64,000 nt of DNA from Deltaproteobacteria bacterium (GCA_029262535.1 JAJCZF010000074.1:78883-142882), one strand, 5' to 3'. Shown: positions 1-11,397, counted from the stretch's first letter. Notes: a model not told the origin generated them from the sequence alone. A program made the numbers and translations.

Positions 1-1
1 A

Positions 2-1081
2 TAGTGGATAACCCTTTACCCAGCCCGAGTATACTGTCGGTAAGAGCGGCACGAATATCCACAGGACCGCAAGCACGAAGAGCGGCGCGCTGCGGCGCAG
101 TTTAATGAGGCAAAAGATTAGAATGAGGCTCGCTATAATAAGCAGGATAGATCTAAGCTCCGTTACGGAGCCGACCGGGTCGATCCTCATATGCGCGTAA
201 AATATCAGATCCGTTGGCCAGACGAGTTTTTTAAAGTATTCAAATAAGAGCGGCAGGATATTTATCAGGTACTCGTATGGAGTATAGGCCTTGTTCTGCG
301 CGCTGCCCGGAGAGAGAGAGCCGAGAGCCGTGATACGCAAGAGCAGGTAGATGATAAAGGCCGGGAAAAAGAGCCAGAACCTTCTTATAAGTGCGCTCAC
401 TGCCGCGCCGGGACGCCGGTGGTCCGTCTCGGATCTTTCCATAAAGAGCAGGTCGTAAAAAAATAATATTACCGGAATAACGATGGCCGTCTCTTTATAT
501 AAGAGGGCGATAAAAAAGAATAGGGCCGCGCCGGCGGTATTATGGGGTCCACGCCCTTTCGAGAAGCAGTAGAGGGCCATAATAAAGCAGAATGAATAAG
601 ATAACTCCGTTACGGTGGCGACCCATGCGACAGATTCGGCGTTGACCGTATGAAGGGCGAAGAGCGTTGCCGTTATAAAGGCCCACGGTGCGGCTTCCGA
701 GTTATGTGAAAGCCGCCCGGTATTGCTACTTAGAAGGCCGAGGGCCAGAAAGTAGAGGGCCGCTACATTCATAGCGTGCAGTACTATATTTATGAGATGG
801 TAACCCCACGGGGACGTGCCCGAAAGGGCGTGGCTAATGAGATAAGAGACGTACATAAGAGGCCTGTAGTAGGCCGAATCACTGCCTTCCGGCAAAAAGG
901 ACCAGACAGAAGAGAAGAAGATATCTCGCAGGTGGCCGCCCTCAAGAACCCATGGGTTCTGTGCCACCTGATATATATCATCCGAGACGAAACCTCCCGA
1001 TAGCGTATTCAGGTAGACCCCTACGGCTATGATTACGGCTATTGCCGCGGGTACGTATCTTTGATAGCTATTATTAATCAT
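2..1081 (-). CDS. TMTC-like GT-C membrane glycosyltransferase/TPR-family protein, 3'-partial (runs off window start)
   Basis: Not in the ORF track. Manual translation from ATG at 1081: MINNSYQRYVPAAIAVIIAVGVYLNTLSGGFVSDD...YYRPL...GYHLINIVLH...LFALHTVNAESVAW...LLYKETAI, motifs typical of TMTC-like proteins. Confidence 0.8.
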   Translation of the reverse strand, partial: MINNSYQRYVPAAIAVIIAVGVYLNTLSGGFVSDDIYQVAQNPWVLEGGHLRDIFFSSVWSFLPEGSDSAYYRPLMYVSYLISHALSGTSPWGYHLINIVLHAMNVAALYFLALGLLSSNTGRLSHNSEAAPWAFITATLFALHTVNAESVAWVATVTELSYSFCFIMALYCFSKGRGPHNTAGAALFFFIALLYKETAIVIPVILFFYDLLFMERSETDHRRPGAAVSALIRRFWLFFPAFIIYLLLRITALGSLSPGSAQNKAYTPYEYLINILPLLFEYFKKLVWPTDLIFYAHMRIDPVGSVTELRSILLIIASLILIFCLIKLRRSAPLFVLAVLWIFVPLLPTVYSGWVKGYPL

Positions 1082-1139
1082 AGTGATTATTATACACAAG
1101 CCTTGTTGCGCGGTCTAGCGGTCTGCTATTTCGTTTTTT

Positions 1140-2786
1140 TTATGGCCTAAAGGCCTTTCGGCCATAGATCAAATACTGCGTCTTCTCATAGAGACTCTGT
1201 ATTCTATCTTCGCCCATGCCAACGGTTGAAACAATCTGCCCGGCGACGCCATCGCCGTCAACAAGCACGATAGCCTCTAATTCATAACCTTCCCTCATAA
1301 AGGCCGCACCTTGACCGGAGAGGAACTTATCCGGCCTGCCGACCCACGAGCCGGTGACATTTACAAAAACTATCTTGGCGGGCCGGGCCTCTTTTATCTT
1401 TTTCCACGCCATAGTACGAAACTCGTCGGCGCGGGGATAGTCCCTTACGAGCGGGTAGGTGAAGATAAATGGCATAGCGCTCTTTCGTTCGCTTAAGAAT
1501 AGTATCTCCGGTTCCGAGCCGAGTATGAGGATCTTTTCGTCTACGCCGGTCTTTTCTTTTATATATTCGCTAACGGTCTCGGCTGAGAGGAACGGGTCGT
1601 AGTGGAAGACGTATTTGCTCTTTTCTTCCATCGGGCTCTCGAAATAATATGGCCCCTTTCGAGCGAGCGGGACCCCGATGATGATTATAACCATCGCCGC
1701 CGTGAGCGCAGACCTTGCGTTCGTTGTCCTTACTATCCGGCTAAAAAAGAGCAAACCGCCTCCCGCCCCGAGCGCCAGCGGCACGGCGAGCTGTGCGAGG
1801 TAATGCGCGTAGGCGTATCCGGGTACGATTCCGGCGAATGAAAAGAGAAGGAAACCCGCGACGATCAGGCCGGCCTTTTTTTCTCCCTTTAAGAAAGGCG
1901 CGATGATCCCGGCTATGCCGGCTGTGATGATAAGCGGGTTCTCACGAAAAAAGTCGCCGAGGATAAGGGACAGATTTTTAAAGACGAATGATGGGTCGGC
2001 CGCGCCGCCATAGAGGAAGTTATGCGTAAAGTTCCAATAGAAAAACTCTTCACCGGCTCCGGCATTTACAAAGTAGGCCACCAGGAGAGCTGAGAGGGTG
2101 AGAAGACCTATGCAAAACGATAAGAACGGTTTGAGTGTAGCCAGGCGTAATCGCCCCTCTCTACGGCCCGACAGGATGGTAGATACGACTATATATATAG
2201 CGACAAATAGAATACTTGTAGCAGCCGGCGGTTTTATCCAACATGCCGCCGCGCCTGAAAATCCGCTTAGGAGATAAAAAAGGTTGGCCTGCCTGCCCAT
2301 TCCTTCCGCTTTGAGTACAAGGAGCAGCGATATTGCTACGGGCAGCATCATAAATAGTTCGCTCGACCCTGTGGAGCCGAGTATGGAGTGGGCGATACTT
2401 AAGATGCCATAGGATAGAGCGGCGAAGAGGCCCGCTTCTTTCGATCTGAATACCCTTACGGCGAGAAAGTAGACGCAAAGCAGTGTTAGAAAGTTATAGA
2501 TATGCAGGAAGATATGTATCCCAGAGGTGGTATTGGGAAATATGGAAAGCGCTACGGAATATATAAAAAAGATGAGCGGCGGTTTGTGATTTACGGCATC
2601 GATATAAGGCAGACCGCCGTCGAGCAAGAGCCTGCCCATGTAAGCGTAACCGCCTTCGTCCCTGCCGAGCGGGATATCTATAAGGTTTATCCTGAAGGCG
2701 ATATATAGAAAAATTATGCCAACCCAGAAGAGCCAGTAGAGGGCGGGCCTGCTTGCCGGGCCGGGTTTTTTTTCACTTCTTATCAT
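1140..2786 (-). CDS. PMT/ArnT-like (GT39/GT83) membrane glycosyltransferase
   Basis: RDEGGY motif after first TM, then NHKPP, many TM helices and a soluble C-terminal domain. Confidence 0.75.
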   Translation of the reverse strand: MIRSEKKPGPASRPALYWLFWVGIIFLYIAFRINLIDIPLGRDEGGYAYMGRLLLDGGLPYIDAVNHKPPLIFFIYSVALSIFPNTTSGIHIFLHIYNFLTLLCVYFLAVRVFRSKEAGLFAALSYGILSIAHSILGSTGSSELFMMLPVAISLLLVLKAEGMGRQANLFYLLSGFSGAAACWIKPPAATSILFVAIYIVVSTILSGRREGRLRLATLKPFLSFCIGLLTLSALLVAYFVNAGAGEEFFYWNFTHNFLYGGAADPSFVFKNLSLILGDFFRENPLIITAGIAGIIAPFLKGEKKAGLIVAGFLLFSFAGIVPGYAYAHYLAQLAVPLALGAGGGLLFFSRIVRTTNARSALTAAMVIIIIGVPLARKGPYYFESPMEEKSKYVFHYDPFLSAETVSEYIKEKTGVDEKILILGSEPEILFLSERKSAMPFIFTYPLVRDYPRADEFRTMAWKKIKEARPAKIVFVNVTGSWVGRPDKFLSGQGAAFMREGYELEAIVLVDGDGVAGQIVSTVGMGEDRIQSLYEKTQYLIYGRKAFRP

Positions 2787-3865
2787 TGTGGCGGTAGCGG
2801 TAGCGGGGCCAGCCGTGACGCGATCTCACTGGCGAGCGCCTCGGCGGCTATTTGGTGCGCGATCTCGTTTGGATGCGCGTCTACCGCGTGTACGCGCAGT
2901 TTCAGCGGGCCGTACTCTTGATAGCTCTTTGTCATATCAATATAGCTCACGCCGTTGGCCTCGAAGATGGCGCGCAGCTTTTCGTGGACCGGCTCGAAGC
3001 GGTAGCCATCCTTATTATACCCGTTAAGGTCGGGGAAGAGGATTACGACGATATCCGCATTATTTTTTCTAATTTTTAAGACGGCCTCCTTAAAGAGCTT
3101 TTCAAGCTCCCCCCACATGGTCGGGTCTTGGTAGAGCTGGTTGATAAAGTCGAAATAGTCGCCTGAATAGGAGCGTCGCTGTAGCCTCTTTTTGATATAG
3201 TTATATAGTTTTGAGGGGGTATTTGCGCCCTTTTTCATAGATCCGCGTTTTCTAAGGGTCCATAGGTCGATATCTGCGTGGGAAATGTCGTTAAGCACGT
3301 AGGCCCAGAGGACGAGGTCCGGCCTGTAACGAGGCAGTGCGGTGTCGAGCGTTACCCATTCGTCGCGGATGCCGTGGCCGTTTACGCCGAGGTTGAATAC
3401 CTCTACACCTGCCCCTTTGGCGCGCAGGCTCTTTTCAACTACCTTGGGAAATGACTGGCTGGCGTAGACCCCTTCACCGATGGTAAAAGAGTCGCCAATG
3501 GCCGTTATGCGAAAGACCTTATCGCTCTTCGGGCCGAACTCGTAGTCCCGGTATCCGTCTGAGTTTATCTTATAGTAGATGCGGTTCTTATCGTCGAAGG
3601 TACTGCGGGGGTTCGACGGGTACTCGGTGGCCCATACCGAGCCCGGCCTGTAGCCGTAATATTTATATACCAGGCCCGGGTCGTCCTTGTGTTCCATGTA
3701 GAGGGGGTGCGGCTCCACAACGAGCGACTGGGCGAGGTTGATATATTTAGTCCTGACTCCGATACCCTCTTTTATGTCGATAAACCTGAAGGCGACCTCT
3801 AAAACGACAAGGATAAAGATTATCGAGAAGGCAGCGAGTGCCAGATTTTTAGAAAGATTTTTCAT
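2783..3865 (-). CDS. SGNH/GDSL hydrolase family protein, membrane-anchored
   Basis: N-terminal TM; GDSFT, NLGVNG, LND and DAHPN blocks. Start ATG 3865 (TTG 3871 also possible). Confidence 0.85.
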   Translation of the reverse strand: MKNLSKNLALAAFSIIFILVVLEVAFRFIDIKEGIGVRTKYINLAQSLVVEPHPLYMEHKDDPGLVYKYYGYRPGSVWATEYPSNPRSTFDDKNRIYYKINSDGYRDYEFGPKSDKVFRITAIGDSFTIGEGVYASQSFPKVVEKSLRAKGAGVEVFNLGVNGHGIRDEWVTLDTALPRYRPDLVLWAYVLNDISHADIDLWTLRKRGSMKKGANTPSKLYNYIKKRLQRRSYSGDYFDFINQLYQDPTMWGELEKLFKEAVLKIRKNNADIVVILFPDLNGYNKDGYRFEPVHEKLRAIFEANGVSYIDMTKSYQEYGPLKLRVHAVDAHPNEIAHQIAAEALASEIASRLAPLPLPPQ

Positions 3866-4002
3866 ATCCAAATAGTATAGCCCATGCCGGTCTTGTCGCT
3901 CAAGGAGTTTATACTTGCTATTACCACGTTTTATTGTGATACTTATAAGTTACACCCACCCAGAAAGGGCGGGTATGACAAAGTACGATAACCGGAGGCA
4001 CA

Positions 4003-5817
4003 GTGAAGAAGAGAAGAGATATACGAAATATTGCGATAATAGCCCATGTAGACCACGGTAAGACGACGCTCGTAGATGGCATGTTGCATCAGGCCGGGAC
4101 CTTTAGAGAGAACGAAGCGGTCAAGGAACGCGTCATGGACTCTATCGACCTCGAACGTGAGCGCGGCATTACGATAATGGCCAAAAATACCGCGGTTGTA
4201 TATAACGATGTGAAGATAAATATAATCGATACGCCGGGACACGCCGACTTCGGTGGCGAGGTCGAAAGAACCTTGAAGATGGTAGACAGTGTTTTTCTAC
4301 TTGTCGATTCTTCCGAGGGGCCGTTGCCCCAGACGCGTTTTGTCCTCAAGAAGGCTCTTGAACTGGGCCTTCCGCCGATACTTGTTATAAACAAGATTGA
4401 CCGGAAGGACGCGCGTATCGAGGAAGTGGTAGACGAGGTATACGACCTCTTTATAGACCTCGACGCCACGGAAGACCAGCTTGATTTCCCTATAATATAT
4501 ACTAACGCAAAGGCCGGTATCGCAAAGCTTGAGCTTGACGACGACGCTACGGATCTTCGCCACCTTTTTGAGATGATAATCGACAAGATGCCGCCGCCCG
4601 ATGAGAAGAGCGAAGAGGTATTGCAGGTCCTTGTCACAAATATCGACTATAACGACTATCTGGGCAGGCTTGCCGTAGGACGTATCTTTTCCGGCACTAT
4701 AAGGAAGAACGATCAGGTGGCCCTGGTGAATGCGGAAGGTGAGAGTACGAAGCTTAAGGCAAGTTCCCTATATACCTTCAGCGGGCTTGAGCAGGTCGAG
4801 TGCGACGAGGCCAAGGCCGGGGACATTATAGCTTTGGCCGGCATGAAAGATGTAAGTATCGGCGATACTATCACCGACCCGGAAAATCCGCAGCCCCTTT
4901 CCGGTATCAGGCTCGACGAGCCGACGATATCGATGGTCTTTTCACCCAACACCTCGCCCTTTGCCGGACTTGAGGGTAAGTACGTCACATCTAGGAATAT
5001 TCGTGAAAGGCTCGAAAAGGAGCTTTTATATAATGTCTCTATCAAGGTCGACTTCTCCCAGCCCGAGGCCTTTAAGGTTATGGGCAGGGGCGAATTGCAG
5101 CTTGCGATCCTTATAGAGATGATGCGCCGCGAGGGCTATGAGCTATCTGTCTCAATGCCCCAGACGATTACCAAAGAGATAGAGGGCAGAAAACACGAGC
5201 CAATGGAGCTTCTCCAGATAGACGTGCCCGAAGAGTATATCGGCGTTGTCACCGAGAGCCTTGCACCGCGTAAGGGCAAGATGCTCAATATGCACAACCC
5301 CGGAAACGGTCGCGTGAGGCTCGACTACCGCGTTCCAACGCGCGGCCTTATCGGCTTCAGGAGCCAGTTCATGACAGACACGCGCGGCACCGGCCTCTTA
5401 AATCATCTCTTCGACGGCTACGAGCCGTGGCATGGTGATATCACCAAGAGGAATTCGGGCGTGCTCGTTGCCGACAGGACAGGAAAGACGACAACTTACG
5501 CGCTCTTTAACCTCCAGCCGAGAGGCACTCTATTTCTGCGTGAGGGCGCCGAGGTCTACGAGGGCATGATAATAGGCGAGAACTCCAAGGAGAGCGATCT
5601 CGACGTAAATCCTGTAAAGCCTAAAAAACTTTCAAATATGCGCTCCTCCGGCTCCGACGATACGTTACAACTCATTCCGCCGAAGAATCTGAGCATGGAA
5701 GAGGCCCTTGAGTTTATCAAGGAGGACGAGCTTGTGGAGATAACTCCCACGGCTATAAGGCTTAGAAAGACGGTGCTTGCTTACAACCAGAGGTCCAAGT
5801 CCAAAAAAGCCTACTAA
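4003..5817 (+). CDS. typA: Translational GTPase TypA/BipA
   Basis: [40 protein letters not shown] and the TypA C-terminal domain. Confidence 0.97.
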   Translation: MKKRRDIRNIAIIAHVDHGKTTLVDGMLHQAGTFRENEAVKERVMDSIDLERERGITIMAKNTAVVYNDVKINIIDTPGHADFGGEVERTLKMVDSVFLLVDSSEGPLPQTRFVLKKALELGLPPILVINKIDRKDARIEEVVDEVYDLFIDLDATEDQLDFPIIYTNAKAGIAKLELDDDATDLRHLFEMIIDKMPPPDEKSEEVLQVLVTNIDYNDYLGRLAVGRIFSGTIRKNDQVALVNAEGESTKLKASSLYTFSGLEQVECDEAKAGDIIALAGMKDVSIGDTITDPENPQPLSGIRLDEPTISMVFSPNTSPFAGLEGKYVTSRNIRERLEKELLYNVSIKVDFSQPEAFKVMGRGELQLAILIEMMRREGYELSVSMPQTITKEIEGRKHEPMELLQIDVPEEYIGVVTESLAPRKGKMLNMHNPGNGRVRLDYRVPTRGLIGFRSQFMTDTRGTGLLNHLFDGYEPWHGDITKRNSGVLVADRTGKTTTYALFNLQPRGTLFLREGAEVYEGMIIGENSKESDLDVNPVKPKKLSNMRSSGSDDTLQLIPPKNLSMEEALEFIKEDELVEITPTAIRLRKTVLAYNQRSKSKKAY

Positions 5818-5834
5818 AAGAAGAATAATAAAAT

Positions 5835-5873
5835 AAAAAAGGGGCCGCGCTTTAGAGCGCGGCCCCTTTTTTT
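5835..5873 (+). terminator. Rho-independent terminator (bidirectional-looking)
   Basis: AAAAAA GGGGCCGCGC-TTTAGA-GCGCGGCCCC TTTTTTT after typA. Confidence 0.9.
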
Positions 5874-5902
5874 GTCTTAAGAACTTATAGCGGACAATCC
5901 AA

Positions 5903-6061
5903 GGAAGCGCTGATCTATTCGTGAACTCGTATCTTGCGTCTAAAATATCCAGCTTCCGCGTTGCGAATCTTCGAAATAGCTAGCTATTCCGTACGATCCA
6001 CGCCTTGAATCTGAACATTTTAGCTCGCAACCTACTTCGGTCAGAATAAATCAGAACTTCC
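5903..6061. mobile_element. MITE-like 159-bp palindromic element, copy 1
   Basis: Terminal inverted repeats GGAAGCGCTGATCTATTC / GAATAAATCAGAACTTCC, flanks CCAA and CTAA; inverted homolog at 48008-48166. Confidence 0.8.
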
Positions 6062-6320
6062 CTAATCTATTTTTCAATTCTTAAGAAAATTATTCTTTTT
6101 GAAGTATAGTGATTTCATGCCAGTTGGGTTCGGGCGTTGAGACGATATCTCTCACCTTTGTTTCTCGGCATAATCACGGCCTTAATAGCCTATGAGTATG
6201 CCGGTTTTTACCTCTCTTGACTATCCAATAAGGTGTTATTTCGCGGATATGCCTGTTACGGTTTTTTATAAAGTATGTAGGATTAAAGACAGATTGATTC
6301 TCTTTTTTATATGCGGATGT

Positions 6321-6375
6321 CATAACAGGATCGTAACATTGCTGTCATAATCTCGTAATGATGATCTCCTATAAT
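6321..6375 (+). promoter_or_regulatory. Pho boxes (PhoB sites) with -10 element
   Basis: Four half-sites at an 11-bp period (CATAACA 6321, CGTAACA 6332, TGTCATA 6343, CGTAATG 6354), then TATAAT at 6370-6375, upstream of porin and pstS. Confidence 0.8.
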
Positions 6376-6407
6376 GGTTTCAAACAAAGTGAAAATAAAA
6401 GGAGAAA

Positions 6408-6650
6408 GTGATGTCGACGGATCTAAAGAGTTTTGAGAGAGAAGAGAGAGCAAGAAAGAAGTTTCATTTGAATATACCTGCGAAATGCCCTTTCCTGGAA
6501 GAGGAAGAAGGTATTTCCTGCGGAGCCTCTGTGAACGATACTGTCCTTGGCCGGGATGCGCTAGTTGAGCGTTGTTATAGTGAAGAGTTTGATTTCTGCC
6601 CGATATTCTTGGCCGGCGCCCTGAGCGGAGGAACGAAAAGGGCGGCCTGA
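6408..6650 (+). CDS. Small 4-Cys hypothetical protein
   Basis: AAGGAG RBS; CPF-x8-C...C-x7-CP pattern; first gene after the Pho promoter. Confidence 0.6.
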   Translation: MMSTDLKSFEREERARKKFHLNIPAKCPFLEEEEGISCGASVNDTVLGRDALVERCYSEEFDFCPIFLAGALSGGTKRAA

Positions 6651-6711
6651 CCGACTTTAGAGATTTGAATTTATCAAAGAAGCAACCAACTTTAAAAGGA
6701 GAACTAAGGTA

Positions 6712-7911
6712 ATGAAGAGAGGAATAAAGCCATTAATATTAGGCGGGCTGATGCTTGCGGTTACGGCAGTCGTGCCGAGTCTGCCTACCGTGGCGGACGC
6801 GGCGGGAATCACCGTCTATAAGGACGGCGACAAGTATGTGAAGATGGGCGGACGTATCCAGATACAGTATCATTACGAAGACGAGGATACCGGTAGTCCG
6901 ACCGATAGATCGGTGGATGAGCTTTTCTTTAGAAGGCTGCGTCCCTATATAGAAGGGAGCCTTCATAAAGACTGGAAGGGTAAGTTCCAGTTCGATCTCG
7001 GCAAGTCCAGCAATGATAACGAGATAGTGATTAAGAGTGCCTATATGCAGTATACCGGCATAGAAAATGTAAAGGTAACTGTTGGTAACTCCCATACGCC
7101 TTTTTCTCGTGAGACTCTGACCTCTTCCAAGAAGCAGCAGCTGGTAGAGCGTACCTTTGTCGGAGACCATAACTACGGATCGCCGGACAGGAATCTTGGA
7201 ATACACGTAAAGGGAACGACCTCTGATAAGAAGATAGGCTGGGCAGTAAGCGCGGCCTCTGCTTCGATAGACCCTGACGACGATAAGCTTGACTTCGATA
7301 CCCCGGTTAATAAGAGCGACGACTGGAACGAAGGCTGGCTCGCCGGAGCAAGGCTCGACTTTCACCCTCTTGGACATCTTGCGATGGCCCAGGGCGACTT
7401 TAAGAGGGACGAGACCAAGGCGACCATAAGTGTCGCGGCCTTTAGCTGGAATAACGACGATGACAACAATACTCATACCGATGCGACGACAGGCCTTGAC
7501 GACGGCAAGGGCAAGCCGGATGTCGATACCGTAACAGGTTACGAAATAAGCGGCGCGTTACGCACGGCGGGTATTTCAATAGACGCACAGTACAATAGTT
7601 TTGATGTGGACTTGAAAGATAGTTCCGTAACAGCCGGTATGTACAAGGATGGATCTAGCAATCTTACAAGTCTCGCTATAGAGGGCGGTTATATGATTAT
7701 ACCCTCAAAGCTTGAAGTAGTCGCAGGTTATGAAGTGCAGGACGCCGACAACTACAAGACCGAGTGGACGAGAAGCTCCGTAGGCGCCAATTATTTTATC
7801 AAGAAGTATGATATAAAGGTTCAGGCCACCTACAGGATTGGCGAAGGCATAAAGGGCAAGAAGGATAACGACCTGAACGAGTTCTTCGCTCAGGCGCAGT
7901 ACGTATTTTAG
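6712..7911 (+). CDS. Phosphate-selective porin (OprO/OprP family)
   Basis: Signal peptide, [13 protein letters not shown], beta-strand pattern, terminal QYVF; next to pstS. Confidence 0.85.
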   Translation: MKRGIKPLILGGLMLAVTAVVPSLPTVADAAGITVYKDGDKYVKMGGRIQIQYHYEDEDTGSPTDRSVDELFFRRLRPYIEGSLHKDWKGKFQFDLGKSSNDNEIVIKSAYMQYTGIENVKVTVGNSHTPFSRETLTSSKKQQLVERTFVGDHNYGSPDRNLGIHVKGTTSDKKIGWAVSAASASIDPDDDKLDFDTPVNKSDDWNEGWLAGARLDFHPLGHLAMAQGDFKRDETKATISVAAFSWNNDDDNNTHTDATTGLDDGKGKPDVDTVTGYEISGALRTAGISIDAQYNSFDVDLKDSSVTAGMYKDGSSNLTSLAIEGGYMIIPSKLEVVAGYEVQDADNYKTEWTRSSVGANYFIKKYDIKVQATYRIGEGIKGKKDNDLNEFFAQAQYVF

Positions 7912-7949
7912 TTAAACCTAAAGAGGGTCGGAAGACCCGGCTAAAGATA

Positions 7950-8984
7950 ATGGAGAAAGAGATGAAAAAGATCAGAAAATATATAACGGCTATTGCCGTA
8001 GCGGCGGCCTTTACCGCGGGCCTGACAGGCTTTGCTACAGACGCAGACGCGGCTAGAAAGATAGTTAAGGTAGACGGCTCTTCGACCGTCTTTCCGATAA
8101 CCGAGGCCGTGGCCGAAGAGTTTCAGATATCGAAGAGGGGTAAGGTTATGGTAACGGTCGGGGTATCGGGCACCGGCGGCGGATTTAAAAAGTTCTGTCG
8201 CGGAGAGACCGACGTTTCCGACGCGTCACGTCCGATAAAGGCCAAGGAGGCCGCGCTCTGCAAGGAGAACGGTATCGACTTTATCGAACTTCCGGTGGCC
8301 TACGACGGGCTTGCCGTTGTGGTAAATCCGAATAACGACTGGGTAAAAGAGCTAACCCCGGCGGACCTTAAGAAGATCTGGGAGCCGGCGGCGCAGGGTA
8401 AGATAACGAAGTGGAGCCAGGTGAAGCAGGGCTGGCCTGATAAGCGTATCAATCTCTTTGGTCCGGGAACCGATTCGGGAACCTTTGATTACTTTACCAA
8501 GGCCATAAACGGCAAAGAGGGCGCGAGCCGCGGCGACTATACGGCGAGCGAAGACGACAACGTGCTGGTTCACGGCATATCGGGCGACCGCTACGCGCTC
8601 GGTTTCTTCGGCATTGCCTACTACGAGAATAACAAGGACAAGTTAAGGCTCATAGGCGTTGACGACGGAGACGACTCGAACGGCAAGGGGGCGATACTGC
8701 CATCTATGGAGACGATCAACAACTCCACCTACCAGCCGCTCTCAAGGCCAATATTTATCTACGTCTCAAAGCAGGGGGCCGAGGCGAAGCCGGAGCTTGA
8801 TGAATTTATAGCGTTCTACCTTGAAAACGCGCCGGCCCTTACCGAAGAGGTCGGTTATATACCGCTTCCCGACAAGATCTATGAGGGAGCCCTGAAGAAG
8901 TTCCGCGCCAGGAAGACCGGCTCGGCCTTTTCCGACGGTTCAAAGACCGGCGTGTCGATAGAGGATCTTGTTAGCGCAAATTAG
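7950..8984 (+). CDS. pstS: Phosphate ABC transporter substrate-binding protein PstS
   Basis: [41 protein letters not shown]. Start may be 7962. Confidence 0.93.
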   Translation: MEKEMKKIRKYITAIAVAAAFTAGLTGFATDADAARKIVKVDGSSTVFPITEAVAEEFQISKRGKVMVTVGVSGTGGGFKKFCRGETDVSDASRPIKAKEAALCKENGIDFIELPVAYDGLAVVVNPNNDWVKELTPADLKKIWEPAAQGKITKWSQVKQGWPDKRINLFGPGTDSGTFDYFTKAINGKEGASRGDYTASEDDNVLVHGISGDRYALGFFGIAYYENNKDKLRLIGVDDGDDSNGKGAILPSMETINNSTYQPLSRPIFIYVSKQGAEAKPELDEFIAFYLENAPALTEEVGYIPLPDKIYEGALKKFRARKTGSAFSDGSKTGVSIEDLVSAN

Positions 8985-9072
8985 AGATAATATAAATCAT
9001 TTTTGTGGGGCTGCCATCCTGACTATGGATACTCATCCTATCCTCCCGGTTTAGAGCAGCTTGTCCCCACTT

Positions 9073-9110
9073 AGAAAAAGGGGGGCGTAACCTTACGCTT
9101 CCCTTTTTCT
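9073..9110. terminator. Bidirectional intrinsic terminator
   Basis: AGAAAAAGGGGGGCGTAA-CC-TTACGCTTCCCTTTTTCT between convergent genes. Confidence 0.8.
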
Positions 9111-9139
9111 ATTCGGATAGTTTGATTTGCCGGAAAATT

Positions 9140-11335
9140 TTATTTATCTATACGTTTTGTCAGCGAACACTTGCTACCTGTAAGCTCAGGCTCTATAAAG
9201 AGATCGGCTATATAACTGGCCCCGCCGTAACCAATAAAGTGAGAGCCGATGAGTTCCTTTCCGTCGGCCTGCCAGTTGCTGTAAGGGCCGCTGCCTATTA
9301 CGGTACGGTCAAGCAGCTCTCCGTTAAAATAGAAGCAGAGTTGATCGCCGGACCTTGAGACTATCATCTCGGCCCAGCCGTCGTTTCTTCTTGCGAAGAA
9401 GTTCATCTTTTCAAGCAGATAGGGGTGTCTTAGTTTATATAGCTCTATCTTCCCGGTCGCTTCGTTTTTAAGCTCTACCTTTATCTGGCCGCCGATGGTG
9501 AGCAAAACCCTCGGGAAGTTATCCTTCGAGCCGACTATCTCCACATCCTTCCACGGAGGGGCAACCTTAAAGGGCCTGTAGATCCAGGATACGGTAAAAT
9601 CTTTTAAAAGGGGCGAGGCCGCGCCCTTGGCATAGGCCGGGTTCTTTATGATTCGATTATCTTTTGTATATATATGGGTCGCCCTTGTTGGAAACTTGGT
9701 AAGGCGATCGCCAAGCATAAGGTCGAGCGCGATATCCGCTCCGAGATAAAAGCGGCCCCCGTTAAAGGGGTTATAGTCCATCTTTACCTTTGCCGACGGG
9801 TTCTCTTTGGTAAAACTTCTTATGGCGTAGTATGGATCGTCGAGAAAGGCCATATGTTTATCGACCGAGTTATTTGCGATGAGCACATTGTGCGCGTTCC
9901 AGAAAAATACTGCCCCGAGGGCTGCGAGCATTACGGGCCTTAGGGTTTCCCGGTTAAAGCTCTTCCATAGCAAGGCCCCGGCCGCGACGGTCAGGGCGGC
10001 ATTTGGAAAGTAGAGATAACGCGGCTGGCTAATCAGGTATTCAAGGGTATTGGAGTAGACCCTGCCAAGAGAGATGATAGAGAGGTAGGATAGGCCGAGC
10101 CCGACGATAATGAGTACGATAAGGCGCCAACCCTTAACAGGCCTTATAAGTACGACCAGGAAGGATGCAACGATCAGCTTTAAGATATTTTGAAGCTCGG
10201 AAAAGACCCCTTCCGGCGGGGACATATAGACTATATGTACTATCTTGGTCTGCGCCGCTATGCCGATATTTTTTAATAGTAGGGAGCCGTAGATATTTAC
10301 CCACATGCCCTTTATCGTGCGCCCTATATTTTCAGCGCTCAGGAGGTCGCCGGTGGCCATCTTGTGGGTATCTTTTACCAGAGAGTAACCGTAGAGGGTA
10401 ACGAGTATGTAAAGAAGATAAACGGTCACCACACAGATGGCGGCCTTTACGATAAGCCCTTTTTGAAGATTGTTTCCTTCAAGGCGCAAGGCCAGAAAGG
10501 TGATGCAAAAGAGAGCTACCGGGGCGACTATCGCCGGTTCATACAAGAGTATCGATGCCAGTGAAAAAAGGCCTGAGAAGGCCATATAAGAACTCTTTCC
10601 CGTATCGGCAAAGCGGATAGCGAGTAAGACGGCCGCCAGAAGCAGTATCGCACCGCTCATGATATAGATATGGTAGGTCCAGACGACGGTATCAAACTGG
10701 CTCGGCAGCCCGATAAAGATAAGGCCGAAGATAAAGGCGAAGGCGTAATTTCGAATAACCCTTGCCAGCAGGGCGAAGACCATTAACCCCGTGAGCGCAT
10801 GTACCGCGATATTTAAAAGGTGATAGAGGATGATATTATCGGCAAGCAAGAGATGTCGAAAATACATCATCAGATGCGCCAGCGGTTGAAAGCGCATATC
10901 GCCAAAAAGTTCGAATAAGGAGAGCCGTTTTAGATCTTCAAGCGAAAAGCCTTCGACGCCCTGGAAGAGTTTTAATATATACCAGTAATCGCTTCTGAAT
11001 ATATTGGTGATTGTAGGATGAAAGAGCGCTATCGATACGGCCAGGTAGGTCAGGTAGACGAGCGCCGTATCGCCTTTGAATCGGGTTTTAGCGCTGGAAA
11101 GCCGCCCAAAGACCACGGCTGAAAGAAGCGTAACAGACAAAAGCACGGCCCATTGGTATGGAGGGATGGAGTGTGACTCGACAAGAGAGCAATAGAGCAC
11201 GATCAGGGCGATTAAACACGGGCCGATAAGAGTGCCCTTATTATCTTTTAATGCACCAAAGTCCAAAAATTCGTAGCCCCCGTTCTGTTCTTCCGTGTGA
11301 CAGGCCTTGTCTTGCAAGTTGCGACCCTTTCTCAC
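9140..11335 (-). CDS. Polytopic GT-C/TMTC-like membrane protein with a C-terminal extracytoplasmic beta-rich domain
   Basis: RSDY, RFQPL, YHLLNIAVH, LLYEPA and QPRYLYFP motifs resemble the protein at 2-1081. Start uncertain. Confidence 0.6.
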   Translation of the reverse strand: MRKGRNLQDKACHTEEQNGGYEFLDFGALKDNKGTLIGPCLIALIVLYCSLVESHSIPPYQWAVLLSVTLLSAVVFGRLSSAKTRFKGDTALVYLTYLAVSIALFHPTITNIFRSDYWYILKLFQGVEGFSLEDLKRLSLFELFGDMRFQPLAHLMMYFRHLLLADNIILYHLLNIAVHALTGLMVFALLARVIRNYAFAFIFGLIFIGLPSQFDTVVWTYHIYIMSGAILLLAAVLLAIRFADTGKSSYMAFSGLFSLASILLYEPAIVAPVALFCITFLALRLEGNNLQKGLIVKAAICVVTVYLLYILVTLYGYSLVKDTHKMATGDLLSAENIGRTIKGMWVNIYGSLLLKNIGIAAQTKIVHIVYMSPPEGVFSELQNILKLIVASFLVVLIRPVKGWRLIVLIIVGLGLSYLSIISLGRVYSNTLEYLISQPRYLYFPNAALTVAAGALLWKSFNRETLRPVMLAALGAVFFWNAHNVLIANNSVDKHMAFLDDPYYAIRSFTKENPSAKVKMDYNPFNGGRFYLGADIALDLMLGDRLTKFPTRATHIYTKDNRIIKNPAYAKGAASPLLKDFTVSWIYRPFKVAPPWKDVEIVGSKDNFPRVLLTIGGQIKVELKNEATGKIELYKLRHPYLLEKMNFFARRNDGWAEMIVSRSGDQLCFYFNGELLDRTVIGSGPYSNWQADGKELIGSHFIGYGGASYIADLFIEPELTGSKCSLTKRIDK

Positions 11336-11397
11336 GGAGCTGTATTATATAATACACATACGGGCATCTTTCTTCTATCATAACTTTTTCGCCCTTC

